From NCBI RefSeq assembly GCF_030028105.1, contig NC_092380.1:20857144-20921143 (forward strand): a stretch of DNA of 64,000 nucleotides. The letters run 5' to 3'. This document shows, in pieces, positions 33,758-47,789 of this stretch. The notes beneath the pieces were generated by a model. That model saw nothing but the letters and a program-made list of their open reading frames with translations. It did not search any database and was not told the origin of the DNA. The position numbers were made by a program, and so were the translations under genes. Position 1 is the stretch's first letter. Each line of letters starts with the position of its first letter. The DNA is from Mobula birostris. Taxonomy: Eukaryota.

Positions 33758-36700
33758 GGCTTTGAAATTAAGCAATTAAGCTCAAAACTAGATTCTATCC
33801 AAGAAACCTTAACTGAGCACGATAAACGAATAAAAGAGAATGAAGAAATCCTGTCAATTCTGGATGAGAAAATGGATGACATGCAAAAGTGTAATGAAAA
33901 ACAAACCAAGGTTAATGACAAACAGAAGATTATTGATTTAGAAAATAGAAGTAGAAGGAATAACGTACGAATTCTTGGTCTTGAAGAGTTAACTGAAGGC
34001 GATCGTCCTACGGAATTTTTCTCAAACGTTCTGGTTCAGCTACTTCCTGATATTTTAAAATCGACACCAATGATCGACCGAGTGCAGAGAATACCTGAGA
34101 ACAGAATGTTTACAAGCAAACCTCGTTCAGTGCTAATCGCTTTTCCTAAGTTTCAAACAAAGGACCGTATAATTCGTGAATCTCGTCGGAAAGGTATGAT
34201 TGACTTTAATGGAAAAAAGATTAGAATCGTTGAAGATTTTTCAGCAGATATTATGAGGGAGCGTGCTAAGTTCAAAAATGTCATGTCAAAGTTCTACAAA
34301 AAAGATTTTAAGCCTTCTTTACGGTCCCCGGTGAGGCTCAGAATTACACTGCAAGATGGATCGCAAAAATGATTCCATTCCAGTCTCAAGGCTCAGGAAT
34401 ATTTAGAGTCAGTAAAATGACTACTTATTATTTGCTACATGAATAACTGTTTATTTCACCTTTGCTAAACTTTGTACTTAACTCTTTCCTTTTGGACTTT
34501 AAGGATTTATTTTGAGAATAAAACTTTAATGTTAAGTTTAAAAGTGTCACGTTAGAGCTGTTTAACAAAAACATGATAATTGTGTATTTTATCTCTGGTG
34601 AATCTTGCAGTCAACTTTCTTTTAGAACCTCTTAAGGTCTTATTTTGAAATTAAGATTTTAATGAGTCAATATTCTGTGTGTCTATATTATTATATATTA
34701 TACTTACTTCTCGAGAGTTTTTTTCTTGATACCAGAATTAATTGTCTCTTTACTATCTATTGTTTTGACTAGGTTGGAATATTCTAACCTTGTAATGTAT
34801 CTGGAGCTAAGCCAGCAGAAATTTCAGGGGGTTGTTGTCATTAGTTGTAGGCGTCGACTATCTCTCTTTGGGAGGGGGAAGGGTGTTGGGTTTTTTTCCT
34901 TGGAAGTTGTTTGGGATTTTTAGCCAAACCTATTGTTTGGTTTTCTTATCTCATAGGTCATTGCTTAGTTCTATTAATCTTCTTAAGGATTATCCTTTTA
35001 ATTTCTTTTTAAAATAATAAAATGGATTATAATACTAAATTACTTAGTCTTAACGTGAAAGGATTAAATCACCCTTTGAAGCAAAATAAGATTTTTGCCT
35101 ATATTAAAAAATTTAAGGTCCCAATTATTTTCTTACAAGAAACACACCTACGTAATTCTAATAATTCACACTTTTTTAGTCGATGGTGAGTATTACACTT
35201 TCACTCCAGGTATCAGGCCAAAGCTAGAGGTGTCTCGATTTTTATAGAAAATACAGTTCCTTTTGTTCAACACAAGGTTGTTTCTGATACTAACGGACGA
35301 TTTGTTATAGTATAAGGGAAACTAGAGAATAAATTGTTGGTATTTGCCAATGTTTATGCCCCAAATATAGATGATCCAGGATTCTTTGAGCAATTTTTTT
35401 CATTTTTGCCTGATCTGAGTATGTATTCATTGGTGATGGCAGGAGACGTTAATTGCTGGTTAGACCCAGTTTTACATCGGTCCTCTTCTAAACCAGTGAC
35501 ACTTAATATATCAGCTTCATTTATCCATTCATTTTTAACGAAATGTGGTATTGTTGATATATGGCATTTCTTACATCCAATATATAGAGAATACTCATTT
35601 TTCTCTAATGTTCATCATACGTATTCCAGAATTGACTATTTTTTTATTGATATCCAAATGATTCCATTAGTTCAATCTTGTGAATATAAAGAGATTGCTA
35701 TTGCTGCTTTTATCCATAAATCTTCCTGGTTTTCCTCAGACAAACAGATTCTGGCATTTTAATTTAACTCTATTATCTGACAAGGATTTCTTAAAGTTCT
35801 TGGAGAGGCAAATCACTTTTTTGAAGAGAATACGGTGGAGGAGACTTCTAGCCTTGTCATATGGGATGCCTTTAAAGCATATATTAGAGGACAAATAATT
35901 TCTTATACTGCAAGTGTTAAGAAAAAAGCTCATAAAGAGGGAATTAATTTAGCCAATCAGCTGAAACAATTAGATGAAGAATATGCTTTGACCTCAGATC
36001 CTGCTGTATATAAAAGATGGGTTGAAATTAAAGCTAAATATTTTTATTAATATACCCTATTGAAACTCAATTTTTAAAGGATAAAAGTCAATTTTAAATC
36101 CATGGGGATAAAACAGGTAAATTATTGGCTAACCAAATTAAAACCCCTAGTGCTAAACAACAGATTAAAGAAATTTATAAAGCTAACGGTACTAGGACAA
36201 CTGATCATTTAGAATTAAGTGATAATTTTAGAGAATATTATTCTAAACTTTATAGCTCTGATCTTCTTAAAGATAATACTGTAATGGATAACTTTTTAGA
36301 CCAAATGAGTATCCCTTCCCTTTCTGTCGATGACCAAAAACAGTTGGATCAATGTATTTCTCATGAAGAAATAGCCGAAGCTGTACATTCATTGCATTCA
36401 GGGAAAGCTCCAGGTCCTGACGGATTTTCTGGAGAATTTTATAAGGCTTTTTCTTCTTTGCTCATACCCTATTTATGTTCAGTTTTTTCAGATTCTTTTA
36501 AGTTAGGTAGATTACCGCAATCCTTTTACGAAGCTTCTATTTCGCTTATCCTTAAAAAGAATAAGAATCCAACTGAATGTTCTTCATATAGACCAATTTC
36601 TTTACTTAATGTTGATGCTAAAATTTTATCTAAAGTTCTGACCTGTAGGATGGAAAATATCTTACCATCTGTCATTTCTGACGATCAGACTGGCTTTATT

Positions 36701-37166
36701 AAAAATCAATATTCTCATTTTAATATTTGTCAATTATTAAATGTTACTTATTCTCCTTCTAAGGAGATATCAGAGTGTGTGATATTCTTAGACGCTGAGA
36801 AGGCTTTTGATCGGGTTGAATGGCATTATTTATTTAAAATTTTAGAAAAATTTAATTTTGGGTCTAACTTTATTCAATGGATTAAACTACTGCATTTATC
36901 CCCTTTTGCTCGGGTTCTTACTAATTCTCAGAATTCTAAACCATTCAAACTTCAACGTGGAACCAGACAAGGTTGCCCTTTCAGTCCATTGCTCTTTGAC
37001 CTGGCTTTAGAACCTTTAGCTATTGCTTTTCGATAATCTAACGATATCACTGGTATTTTATAAAGGGTACTATCCACAAAGTCTAAACACAAAGATCGGA
37101 CACATGAATAACTGATATTAACCATCTTTTTAAAATTGTAAGAAACCAATTCACTTATTTGGGTGT

Positions 37167-40100
37167 TGTGGCGACCCACTTTCTACACAACCGAACCGGC
37201 TCACAAAATGGCCCACGCGCGGGGAGAGACTTTTGTAATGCACCTCTGATGTCATTTCCGCCCGGAGAGGGCTGGAAGGGAACTGCTTAAAAGCCAGTGC
37301 CGCGACGTTTGAATAAATGAGTCTCGAGTGCGACTTACAGACTGCGTGTCATTATTTCTAGCTCTGTGTGTAGCACATCACTACATTGGTGACCCCAACG
37401 GTCCAAACGGGATTTGGACCAAAGATGATCGACTCTTCATCTGTTCACGCAGTTTCGCTAAAACTGCCAACTTTCTGGACGCTGCGACCACGCATGTGGT
37501 TTGACCAAGCAGAAGCCCAATTTCAGATTCGGCAGATATCTTCGGATTCCACACATTACTATTACATGGTGAGCTCCCTTGACCAGGAGACAGCACCACG
37601 GGTTGGGGATTTCATACAGTCACCCCCCGAAGAAGGCAAATATGCAGCATTCAAAGCGCTGCTCTTAGAGACCTTTGGCCTCTCATGGCGTGAGCAAGGT
37701 GCCCACTTGCTGCACCTGGACGGTTTGGGATACAGGCCACCATCAGCATTAATGAACGAGGTGCTGGCCCTGGCTGAAGGACACAAGCCCTGCCTGATGT
37801 TTTGAGCAGGCGTTCCTAGAACAAATGCCCGAGGACATACCTCTGCTGCTGGCCGACACAGATTTCAGTGACCCCCAGAAGGTGGCGACCCGGGCAAACG
37901 TGCTGTGGAAAACCAAGAGGGAGAGACAGATTACCAAGCCACATGCCCAACAGCAGACCAGACCAGGCCCGGCAACAGAGCGCACACAACCCGGAGGCAG
38001 GAGTGAGGAGGCCAATGAACAGTGGTGTTTCTACCACCAGCGGTGGGGCACAGAAGCCCACCGTTGTCACCCACCCTGCAAGTTCCCGGGAAACAACAGG
38101 GCCAGCCGCCACTAATGGCTACAGCGGCTGGCCACCAGGACAGCCTCCTGTATGTCTGGGACAAACAGTCAGGACACCGCTTCTTGGTCAACACCAGAGC
38201 GGAGATCAGCGTCTTACCCCCAACGGGGTATGACACCCGCAACAGGGAGACAGGAACCACCGAGGGCTGCAAACGGCAGCACGATTCGGACCTACGGCAC
38301 CCACACAGTGCAGCTACAGTTCGGCACCAGCCGGTTCACATGGGACTTCACACTGGCCGCCGTGGCCCAACCACTCCTGGGGGCGGACTTCTTGCGAGCC
38401 CCAGCCTGCTGGTCGGCTTGCAAGGGAAAAGACTGGTCCATGCCAAGACTTTCCAGACATTCTCCCTGGGTGAAGCCAAGTTACCAGCCCCACACCTGGA
38501 CTCCATCACGTTGCCTGACAACAAATTCACCAGAATCCTGGCGGATTTTCCATCGGTTCTGGCACCGCAGTTCACGGCAGCCATGCCCAGACACAGAGTA
38601 CAGCACCACATTCCGACCCAGGGACCAGCCCTCCATGCCCGCGCACGAAGGCTCCCCGTGGACAAGCTCCGCCTGGTGGAGGAGGAGTTCAAGATGGTGG
38701 AATTGGGGATCGTACGGCGGTCCGACAGCCCACGGGCCTCCCCCTTGCACATGGTGCCCAAAGCAGCCGAGGGCTGGAGTCCATGCAGTGACTACCGCAG
38801 ACTGAACGAGGCTACAACTCCAGACCACTACCCCGTGCTGCACATACAGGACTTTGCAGCAAACCTGCATGGGGCAAGCATCTTTTCCAAAGTAGACCTC
38901 GTCCGGGGGTACCATCAAATCCTGGTACACCCTGAAGACATCCCCAAAACAGCACTCATCACCCCGTTCGGCCTGTTCGAATTCCTCCGAATGCCATTCA
39001 GCCTGAAGAATGCCGCACAGATGTCCCAGCGACTAATGGATGCGGTGGGACGCGACCTGGACTTTGCGTTCATCTACTTGGACGACATCCTCATAGCCAG
39101 TAGTAGTCGTCAGGAGCATCTGTCCCACCTCCGCCAGCTCTACTCCCGCCTGAGTGATTTTGGCCTCACAATCAACCCGGCCAAATGCCAGTGCGGACCC
39201 GACACCATTGACTTCCTGGGCCACAGGATTACCAAAGACAGGGCAACACCTCTGCCCGCCAAGGCGCTCAGCCCAACACAGTAAAAGGCCTGCAGAAGTT
39301 CGTTGGTATGGTGAACTTCTACCACTGCTTCCTCCCCTCAGCAGCCCATATCATGCACCCTTTTGTTCACCCTGATGTCGGGTAAAGGCAAGGACATTAC
39401 TTGGGGCGAAGAGGCCGCGGCCCCTTTCGTTAAAGCCAAGGAAGCCTTGGCAGACGCCACGATGCTGGTGCACCCCAGAACGGACGTTCCAACCGCCCTC
39501 ACAGTGGACGCATCCAACACAGCAGTTGGTGGGATGCTGGAGCAATTCATCGAGGGGCGCTGGCAACCCCTGGCGTTCTTCAGCAGGCACCTACGGCCAC
39601 CCGAACTCAAGTACAGTGCCTTCGACCGGGAGCTGTTGGCACTATATCTGGCAATCCGGCATTTCAGGTACTTCTTAGAAGGCAGGCTGTTCACCGCGTT
39701 CACGGACAAGCTGGTGACCTTCGCGTTTACGAAGGTGTCCGATCCCCAGTCAGCCCACCAGCAGCGACATCTGTCCTACATCTCCGAGTACACGACGGAC
39801 ATCCAGCATATCTCGGGAAAAGACAACGTCGTGGCAGACACACTCTCCAGACCAGCTACCCAGGCCCTGTCTCAAGGGGTAGACCATGCAGCACTGGCGG
39901 AGGTGCAGCAGGCAGACGACGAGATGCCCAGCTACAGGACTGCAGTCTCGGGTTTGCAGCTGCAAGACTTCCTCGTAGGCCCAGGTGAGAGGACCCTCCT
40001 GTGTGACATGGCTACCGGCCAATATCGCCCCATCGTCCTGGCAGCCTGGCGGTGGCGAGTTTTCGACTCCATACACAGCTTGGCGCACCAATCTATCAGG

Positions 40101-41358
40101 GTAACCATCCGGTTGGTCTCCAGCAAGTTCGTGTGGCACGGACTTCGCAAACAGGTCAGCGAATGGGCCAAAATGTGCATGTAGTGCCAAACAGCCAAGG
40201 TGCAGCGGCACACCAAAGCCCCGCCGCAGCAGTTTGAACTCACCCGCCGGAGGTTCAACCACATTCATGTGGATATTGTGGGGCTCCTGCCAGTGTCGCG
40301 AGGAGCGCGGTACATCATAACTATGGTAGACCGGTTCACGAGATGGCCAGAGGCGGTCCCGCTCAATGACACCACCGCCGATTCCTGCGTCCGAGCACTG
40401 ATTGCAAACTGGGTAGCACGCTTCGGGATACCAGCCCACATTACCTTCCACAGAGGCGCCCAGTTCATCTCCAGCCTGTGGTCGGCTGTGGCCAGCCTGT
40501 TGGGAACACAATTACACCACACAACTGCCTACCACCCACAGTCGAACGGACTAATGGAACGCTTCCACCATCACTTAAAGTTGGCTTTCATGGCCCGCCT
40601 GAAAGGGCCTAACTAGGTGGACGAGCTTCCCAGGGTACTGCTTGGCATCCGCACAGCACCCAAAGAGGATCTGCACACCTCGTCGGCCGAGCTGGTGTAT
40701 GGCACACCCCTGGTCGGCCCAGGAGAGTTCATATCGGCCTCAAGGGGGCAAGAAGAAGAACCCGCAGCAGTCCTGGACAGACAACGCAAAAAGCTTTGCA
40801 ACCTGGCCCCCATACCGACTTCACAGCACAGACAGATCCCGACCTGCGTACCCAAAGACCTGCAGAACTGTAAGTTTGTATTCGTACGAAGGGGCGCACA
40901 CAAAGCACCGCTACAGAGGCCGTATGAGGGGCCGTTCAAGGTGATCAGTAACAACGGGTCCACTTACGTTCTGGACATTGGGGTGAAAGAGGAGGTTTTC
41001 ACGGTGGACCCACTCAAACCAGCCCATGTGGACTTGGCGCAGCCAGTCGAGGTTCAGGCACCGCAGCGCAGAGGCAGACCGCCCAAACAGAGACTGATCC
41101 AGACTGTGGACATTGGGGGTGTATCGCCAGTTCTGGGGGGTGGGGTTATGTGGCGACCCACTTTCTACACAAGCGAAGCGGCTCACAAAATAGCCCACAT
41201 GCGGGGAGAGACTTTTGTAGTGCACCTCTAACATCATTTCCGCCCGGGGAGGGCTGGAAGAGAACTGCTTAAAAGCCAGTGCTGCGAAGTTTGAATAAAC
41301 GAGTCTCGAGTGTAACTTACAGACTGTGTGTCATTATTTTTAGCTCTGTATCGCTACA
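37167..41358 (+). mobile_element. Complete short-LTR Gypsy retrotransposon (tRNA-Trp primed), frameshifted
   Basis: TSD GTGT (37163-37166 / 41359-41362). LTRs 37167-37385 and 41149-41358. PBS TGGTGACCCCAACG at 37387, G-rich PPT at 41135-41148. gag SLKLPTFW..WF.QAEAQF, WCFYHQRWG..C..PC, then YLDD, TVDAS, HVDIVG, PYEGPF. Confidence 0.95.
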
Positions 41359-44300
41359 GTGTAACAATTACTAAGAATTATAAATGCTTACTTAAGGAAA
41401 TTTTTCTTACTTTATTAAATATGAAAAAAACATTATCGAATTGGTCGCCCCTTTCATTATCATTCATTGGGCGAATTAATTCTATTAAAATGAATGTTTT
41501 ACCTAAATTTATATACCTCTTTCAGGCATTACCCGTTTTCATTCCTAAATCTTTTTTTGACTCTCTGGACTCTATTTAATCCTCCCACATATCGAAAAAT
41601 AAACGTCCTCGACTGAATAAAGTCCATCTCCAGAAAGTTAAAAAGAATGGAGGTTGAGCCTTACCAAATTTTAGGTTTTATTACTAGGCAGCTAATATAC
41701 GGAACCTCACATTTTGGTTATACTATATTAACCAGGAGGACTGTCCCGGGTGGGTTTCTTTAGAAGCTAACTCGGTTAATAAATTTTCTATTACCTCCCT
41801 ATTGGGACCTTCACTTCCTTTATCCTTAAGTAAGATAACTGAAAACATGGTAGTCAAATGTACTTTAAGAATTTGGATACAAATTTAGAAAACACTTTAG
41901 TTTATTGAGATTCTCCCTTTCTAGTCCCATTAAAAAAATTTTTTTAAAGCCTTCCATGACTGATGTAGTCTTTAAGCATTGGGAAGGATTGGGCATTACA
42001 TGTTTCTGGGATCTGTTTGTGGGAGGAAGTCTTTCTTCGTTTGAACAACTGTCAACTAAATACAGTTTACCAAAAACCCATTTTTTTCAGTACTTACAAA
42101 TGAGAGATTTTCTGCGGACTCAATTATATGCATTTCCTAATAGACCTGATAAGAACATATTAGATGAAATTCTTAATATGAAACCATTCTATAACGGTTC
42201 AATATCCAATATTTATGATATGTTGTTGGGAATGAGAAATGATTCTTTAGACAAGATTAAAAATCTTTGGGAACAAGATTTACAGACCTCAATTTCAGAA
42301 GAAACTTGGAATGAGATTTTTAAATTGGTTAATACTTCATCACTATGTGCTCGTCATTCCCTCCTACAATTTTCATAGGGCTTATATGACCAAGGATAAA
42401 TTATCTCGTTTTTATAGAGATGTACCTCCCTACTGTGATAGGTGTAACAATGAAGAAGCTTCACTTATTCATGTGTTTTGGACTTGCCCAAGTCTTGGAA
42501 AATATTGGAAGGAAATATTTCAAACTTTTTCTGTACTCTTTAAAGTAAATTTTAAGCCTAATCCTTTGACTGCCCTATTTGGTATTGTTGGAAGTAAAGA
42601 TATCATTTTGAAGACATCTGATCTGCACATTCTGGCTTTTATCTCTCTTATGGCTAGAAGGGCGCTTTTGTTTAAATGGAAGGATGCTGTTCCACCTAAT
42701 CATACTCAGTGGATACAGGATGTTATGGCATGTCTAAATTTAGAGAAGATTCGTTGTTCAATTTCTGAATCTAACCAAGATTTTCAAAATTTGTGGGGGC
42801 CGTTTTAAAATTATTTTCATAATCTTTGACTTCTTGTTAAAGCACAGAAGTTGATTAATAATATATTTTATTATCTGATAAGTTTCTTTTTCCTTCCCCA
42901 AACAGCTTCGGCTTGGTAGTGGGTGTAGATCTTTATTTTTAATAAATTGTTTATATTCTAATATACGAACTAATCCAATCCATATGAGTATAGAGTAAGG
43001 AGCTTGTTAATGTGATTCACCATACTGTATCTGGTATTATTATATATTGTCTTTTGTTTTATAATATGTATTCTCTTGAACTCTGTATTCTTCTATATAT
43101 AAATCAAAATCAATAAAAATATTTAAAAGGAAAGAAAGCATTCCTTCCTAAATTCTTATACCTTTTTCAATCCATAACAACTTTCATTCCTAAAGCCTTC
43201 TTTGACTCGCTAGACTCAGTTATATCATCCTACTTATGGAAGGGCAAGCGTCCCCAACCGAATAAAATCCATCTTCAAAAATCCAGAAGTGTTGGGAGCA
43301 TGGCTTTGCCAAATTTCCACTTATATTTCTGGGCAGCTAACATACACTGTCTCATCTTTTGGTCTCATTTTTACAACCAATCTGACTACCCAATATGGCT
43401 GGCAATGGAGCTGAACTCTATTTAAAGAATTTCTCCATCTCCGCACTCCCTTTTCTTATGCCTAAACCAATTGTTAATCCTGTTATCAGGCACACCCTGA
43501 GAGTATGGGCTCAGTTCAGAAAGCATAGTGGTCTTCATGGCTTCTCTCTTTCAAGTCCTATTCTATATAATCATCTCTTCCAGCCTTCTATACATGATCC
43601 AACATTTCAAGACTGGTACAGAAAGGGCATCAGGCACTTTAAAGATCTTTTTAGGTGATTCTCAAGGATGCGCTCATGGAGTGAAGTTTCTTCTTGGCTT
43701 CACTCCATTACCGTTTCATTTTATAGTCATGACCACCTTTAATCAATCTACTTTTATCTACACTAAAAGACTCATACAATTGCATTTTTTTCCTTCTCTT
43801 TTGTGTGTTTGAATCCTGAATCTTGAAGATATGAGTAAAGAACCAAGTAAAAAATCTAAACTTTGAGACCCTAGATCTGCAAAAGATGCCGATGGCGACG
43901 GGAAAAGGAAACTCGATCCCAAACTACCTGAATTAACCTACAAGACAATGATGAATCTGCTCCGTGAACAATCGGAAGAAATACGCCGATATGTCAGAGA
44001 AGCAATTAGATCAATTACGGATTCGATTAATGTTCTGGATCACGCAGCTACATGTCAAAAAAACAAGATTACCGATTTGGAGGAGGAAGCGCAGAACAGA
44101 GATCGAAAAATTGAGAGCTTGGAATTAAAAGTCTCTTTGAAAGACAAACAGCTGGAGAGTCTTAAATCTAAGATTATTGATCTTGAAAATCGATCCAGAT
44201 GACAGAACTTACATTTAATTGGTCTTCCTGAGGATGTCGAGGATGGAGATCCTACAGTATTCTTTTCTAAACTTTTAAAGGCCGCGTTCAGCTCTGAATT

Positions 44301-47300
44301 TCCGGATAATCCTCCATTGCTCGATCGTGCTCATCATATTTCACGTTGAAAACCAGATTCTGAATCTAAACCTAGACCAATAATTATCCAATTTCATTAT
44401 GCTCATGTTAAAGAGCAATTAATTTGTGTTGCCCGAAAGCAGGGAATGATTAAATTTCAAGATCATCAGTTTCAATTGTTCGAGGATTTCAGTCCCGAAT
44501 TGATGACAGCGCGACTGGCTTTCACACCTCTGATGTCGGAATGCTACCAAAAAGGTCTCAAACCAGCGTTATTGTATCTTGCGTGTCTAAAAATTTCTCC
44601 TCCGAACACCCAGTGACGCTTCTTCAATTCTACAAGTGCTGCTCGAAGTTTCTTGAATGAACTTGAATTAGATGCCACGGTCTAATGTTTGCTCGATTCA
44701 TGCAATATTGGGTTTCGGTTCTTCTGTTTTTTTTCCAAACCTATAATTCATTTATGAAGATTGACCTTTATAAGTTTAAGTTTTCTGGTTTTGATTGGTA
44801 GTGTTGTTTTTTTTTCATATTTTACCAAAATTTTCCTTTATTGGCAGATTTGTTCCTTTTTCTTTTCCTTTTAATTTCTGAATTTATAAGGTTATGATTT
44901 CTGAAACAGTTACTATCGGTCGGATTTTTAAATCTCTTATTTTATGAGGGGAAATATTAAGTTTTTTTTCATATAACAATCATGGCGTTTTGTCTTCTTC
45001 TTCCCACAATACCTTTTGTTTTTTTTATTATTCCACCATTTTTTTTTGAGTTCTTCTTCCCATAATACTTCTCCTTTTCCGGATGACTTTTTTTTTCATT
45101 TAACTACCGCACTCTCCCTTACAAATATTCAATATTTTATAACATGCACTGGTATCCTTTTTCCTATTATTTCAGAAAATACAATACATAGGTTTTTTTT
45201 TTAACTGTATTTGTTACATTTTTGACTTTCTTGTTGCCATAGCATAGTTTTTTTTTCTTTTGTTTCGAATCTTTGGTGCTCTTCTTAACAACATACATTT
45301 TGTGAGCTGCCTTCTTGGGAAATGGGGGTAGAATTAGTGTTAGTTAGCTTTCTGGCTTTTTCTTGGCCTAGTTCGGGGTTTTTCTGGGCGGTGGGTGGGG
45401 GGACTTTTACTATTAGTTTTTTCAATTGGGCTAATCTAGAACTACAAAAATGTCTGCAGTGTCGTAAGTTCCGTTTCCTTTCCAAACGCTGGTTCCTCTT
45501 CCGATTTCATGAGTTTACACTTTGGTTAACTCTTTACATACCAAAAGGCTGATTTTCAGTAATTATGGCTCAGAGGATTAATTTTGTTTCTTGGAATACA
45601 AATGGATTAAACCATCCAATTAAAAGAAAAAAGATTTTTGAAGTATTCCAAAGAATGAATGCGCATATTATTTTTGCTCAAGAAACTCACGTGAGGAGAG
45701 TCAGCGTTTTTTTAAGTTTTGGAAGGAAAAACAGTATCATTCAAACTCCTAAGCTAAAGTGAAAGGAGTTTCATTTTTATAGATTCCTCAATTGCATTTG
45801 TGCATCAGGATACTCTCTCTGACCCGAATGGCAGATTTTTGATAATTACTGGTTTACTTTTTAACAGAAAAGTTGTTATGGTTAATGTTTATGCCCCAAA
45901 TGTCGATTATCCGGAATTTTTAAGCAATTATTTACCTCCTTTCCTAATCTAAATGATCATATGTTGATAATGGGTGGTGATCTTAATTGTCGTTTAAATG
46001 CTTCGATGAATAAATCTATATCTACTCAGGCTTTACTGAGCAATTCGGTTACTCTTATCAACTCATGCTTGATCGATTCGGGAATTTCAGAGTTCTGGAG
46101 ATTTTTACATCCTCAGGATAAAGAATTTTCATTCTTCTCACATGTACATCATACTTATTCTAGGATTGACTATTTTTTATAGACTATCGTTTAACTCCTT
46201 CCGTGATTGACTGTAACTATGACATTATTGCTATTTCTGATCACGCACCTTTGAATCTCTCTATCAAATTAACAGACATACCCTCTAACGCTAGACAACG
46301 GCATTTTAATTCTACTTTGCTTCAAGATTTGGATTTTGTAAAATTTATTAAAGATCAGATTGATTTCTTATTTTTAACTAATGATAGGGATGAAATTTCC
46401 AGTGGAGGTATATGGGATACGTTTAAAGCATATATTCGTGGTCAGATTATTTCTTACTCTGAAGGATTGAAAGATCGTATTAAGAACGAAATACTTCTGT
46501 TGATTGATAAGATCAAAGATATTGATAAAAAATATGCCATTGCTCCCAATGAGGAACTTTACAAACAGAGAGTCGAACTTCAAGTGGAGCACAGTTTACT
46601 CTTAAACAAGAGCTGAGTTTTATGTACACAGTGATGAATCTGGTAAATTATTAGCTAATCAATTAAAAACAGCTTCGGTCAAACATCAAATTATTAAAAT
46701 TCATAAATCTGATCACACTCTGACAGTCGATCATGACAAGATAAATAAATCTTTTCAAGAATTTTACACATCTTTATATCAGTCAAAATTTCCTCAAGAT
46801 CTCAATCAGATGTATGACTTTTTAAGGAAATTGAACTTTCCAAAACTGATGCCCGAAGAACGTTTAAAATTAGAAATACCCATTACGGATGAAGAAATAA
46901 AGAGTGCTATTTCTTCAACGAATTCTGGTAAATCACCCGGTCCAGATAGTTATACAGTAGAATTTTTTAAGTCTTTTTCTTCCATTCTTTCTCCTTGGTT
47001 GTGCGGAATTTTTAAAGATGCAATTAGTACAGGCAAACTACCACAATCATTTTACGGAGCCACTATTGCCCTAATTTAAAAAAAGGATCCTACTGATTGT
47101 GCATCATATAGACAGATATCCTTGCTGAATGTAGATTCTAAGATTTTTTTCTAAAATATTAGCACCTAGGTTAGAAAAGATATTACCTCAAATTATTTCT
47201 GAGGATCAAACTGGATTTATTAAACATCGTTATTCATCTTTTAATATTAGGAGATTATTGAATATTGTTTATACTCCTTCACTTAGAACTCCAAAATGTG

Positions 47301-47789
47301 TCATTTCATTAGATGCTGAGAAAGCCTTTGATAGAGTTGAATGGTCATATTTATTCAGTACACTTGAAATGTTTAATTTCAGTCCGATATTTATATCCTG
47401 GATTAAACTGATATATCATACCCCTCTAGCTTCGGTTTTTACTAATAATCAAAGATCTCCCTTCTTTCGATTATTTTGTGGTACTAGACAGGGTTGTCCT
47501 TTTAAGTCCTTTATTATTTGATATCGCTTTAGAACCTCTAGCAATTGCTATCCGAGATTCACTAAATATTTTAGGTATTACTCGTGGGAATGAGATACAT
47601 AAGCCATCATTACATGCCGATGATTTATTACTATACATTTCTGACCTAGAGAAATCCATTCCTGCAATCTTATCTTTGTTGGCCAAGTTTAGCAAATTTT
47701 CTGGCTATAAACTAAATCTTAATAAGAGTGAATTTCTTCCATTGAACGTGTAGGTTCCAAATTATAAATCCTTACCATTTAGATTGGTT

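Larger units (their letters stand above)
33482..43133 (+). mobile_element. Full-length L1-clade LINE 'C' (ORF1 33577-34420, ORF2 35022-42829, disrupted), interrupted by a Gypsy element
   Basis: TSD GAAAGCATT (33471-33479 / 43134-43142). Motifs DLENRSRRNNVRILGL, GKAPGPDGF, LDAEKAFDRVEW, RGTRQGCP, YCDRC..HVFWTC. aataaa near 43112. Confidence 0.88.
21586..43652 (+). mobile_element. L1-clade LINE 'A' (host), in pieces 21586-22868, 29831-30113, 30926-31640, 33283-33481, 43143-43652
   Basis: ORF1 21733-22532 (DLEGQNRQQNL..GLPES). ORF2 start MVSPLNFVSWNV at 30955, LGGDFNC, HHTFSRIDYF, ISDHAP, WDTLKAF, then a jump to LPKFLYLFQ (RT deleted). TSDs of the nested elements link the pieces. Confidence 0.8.
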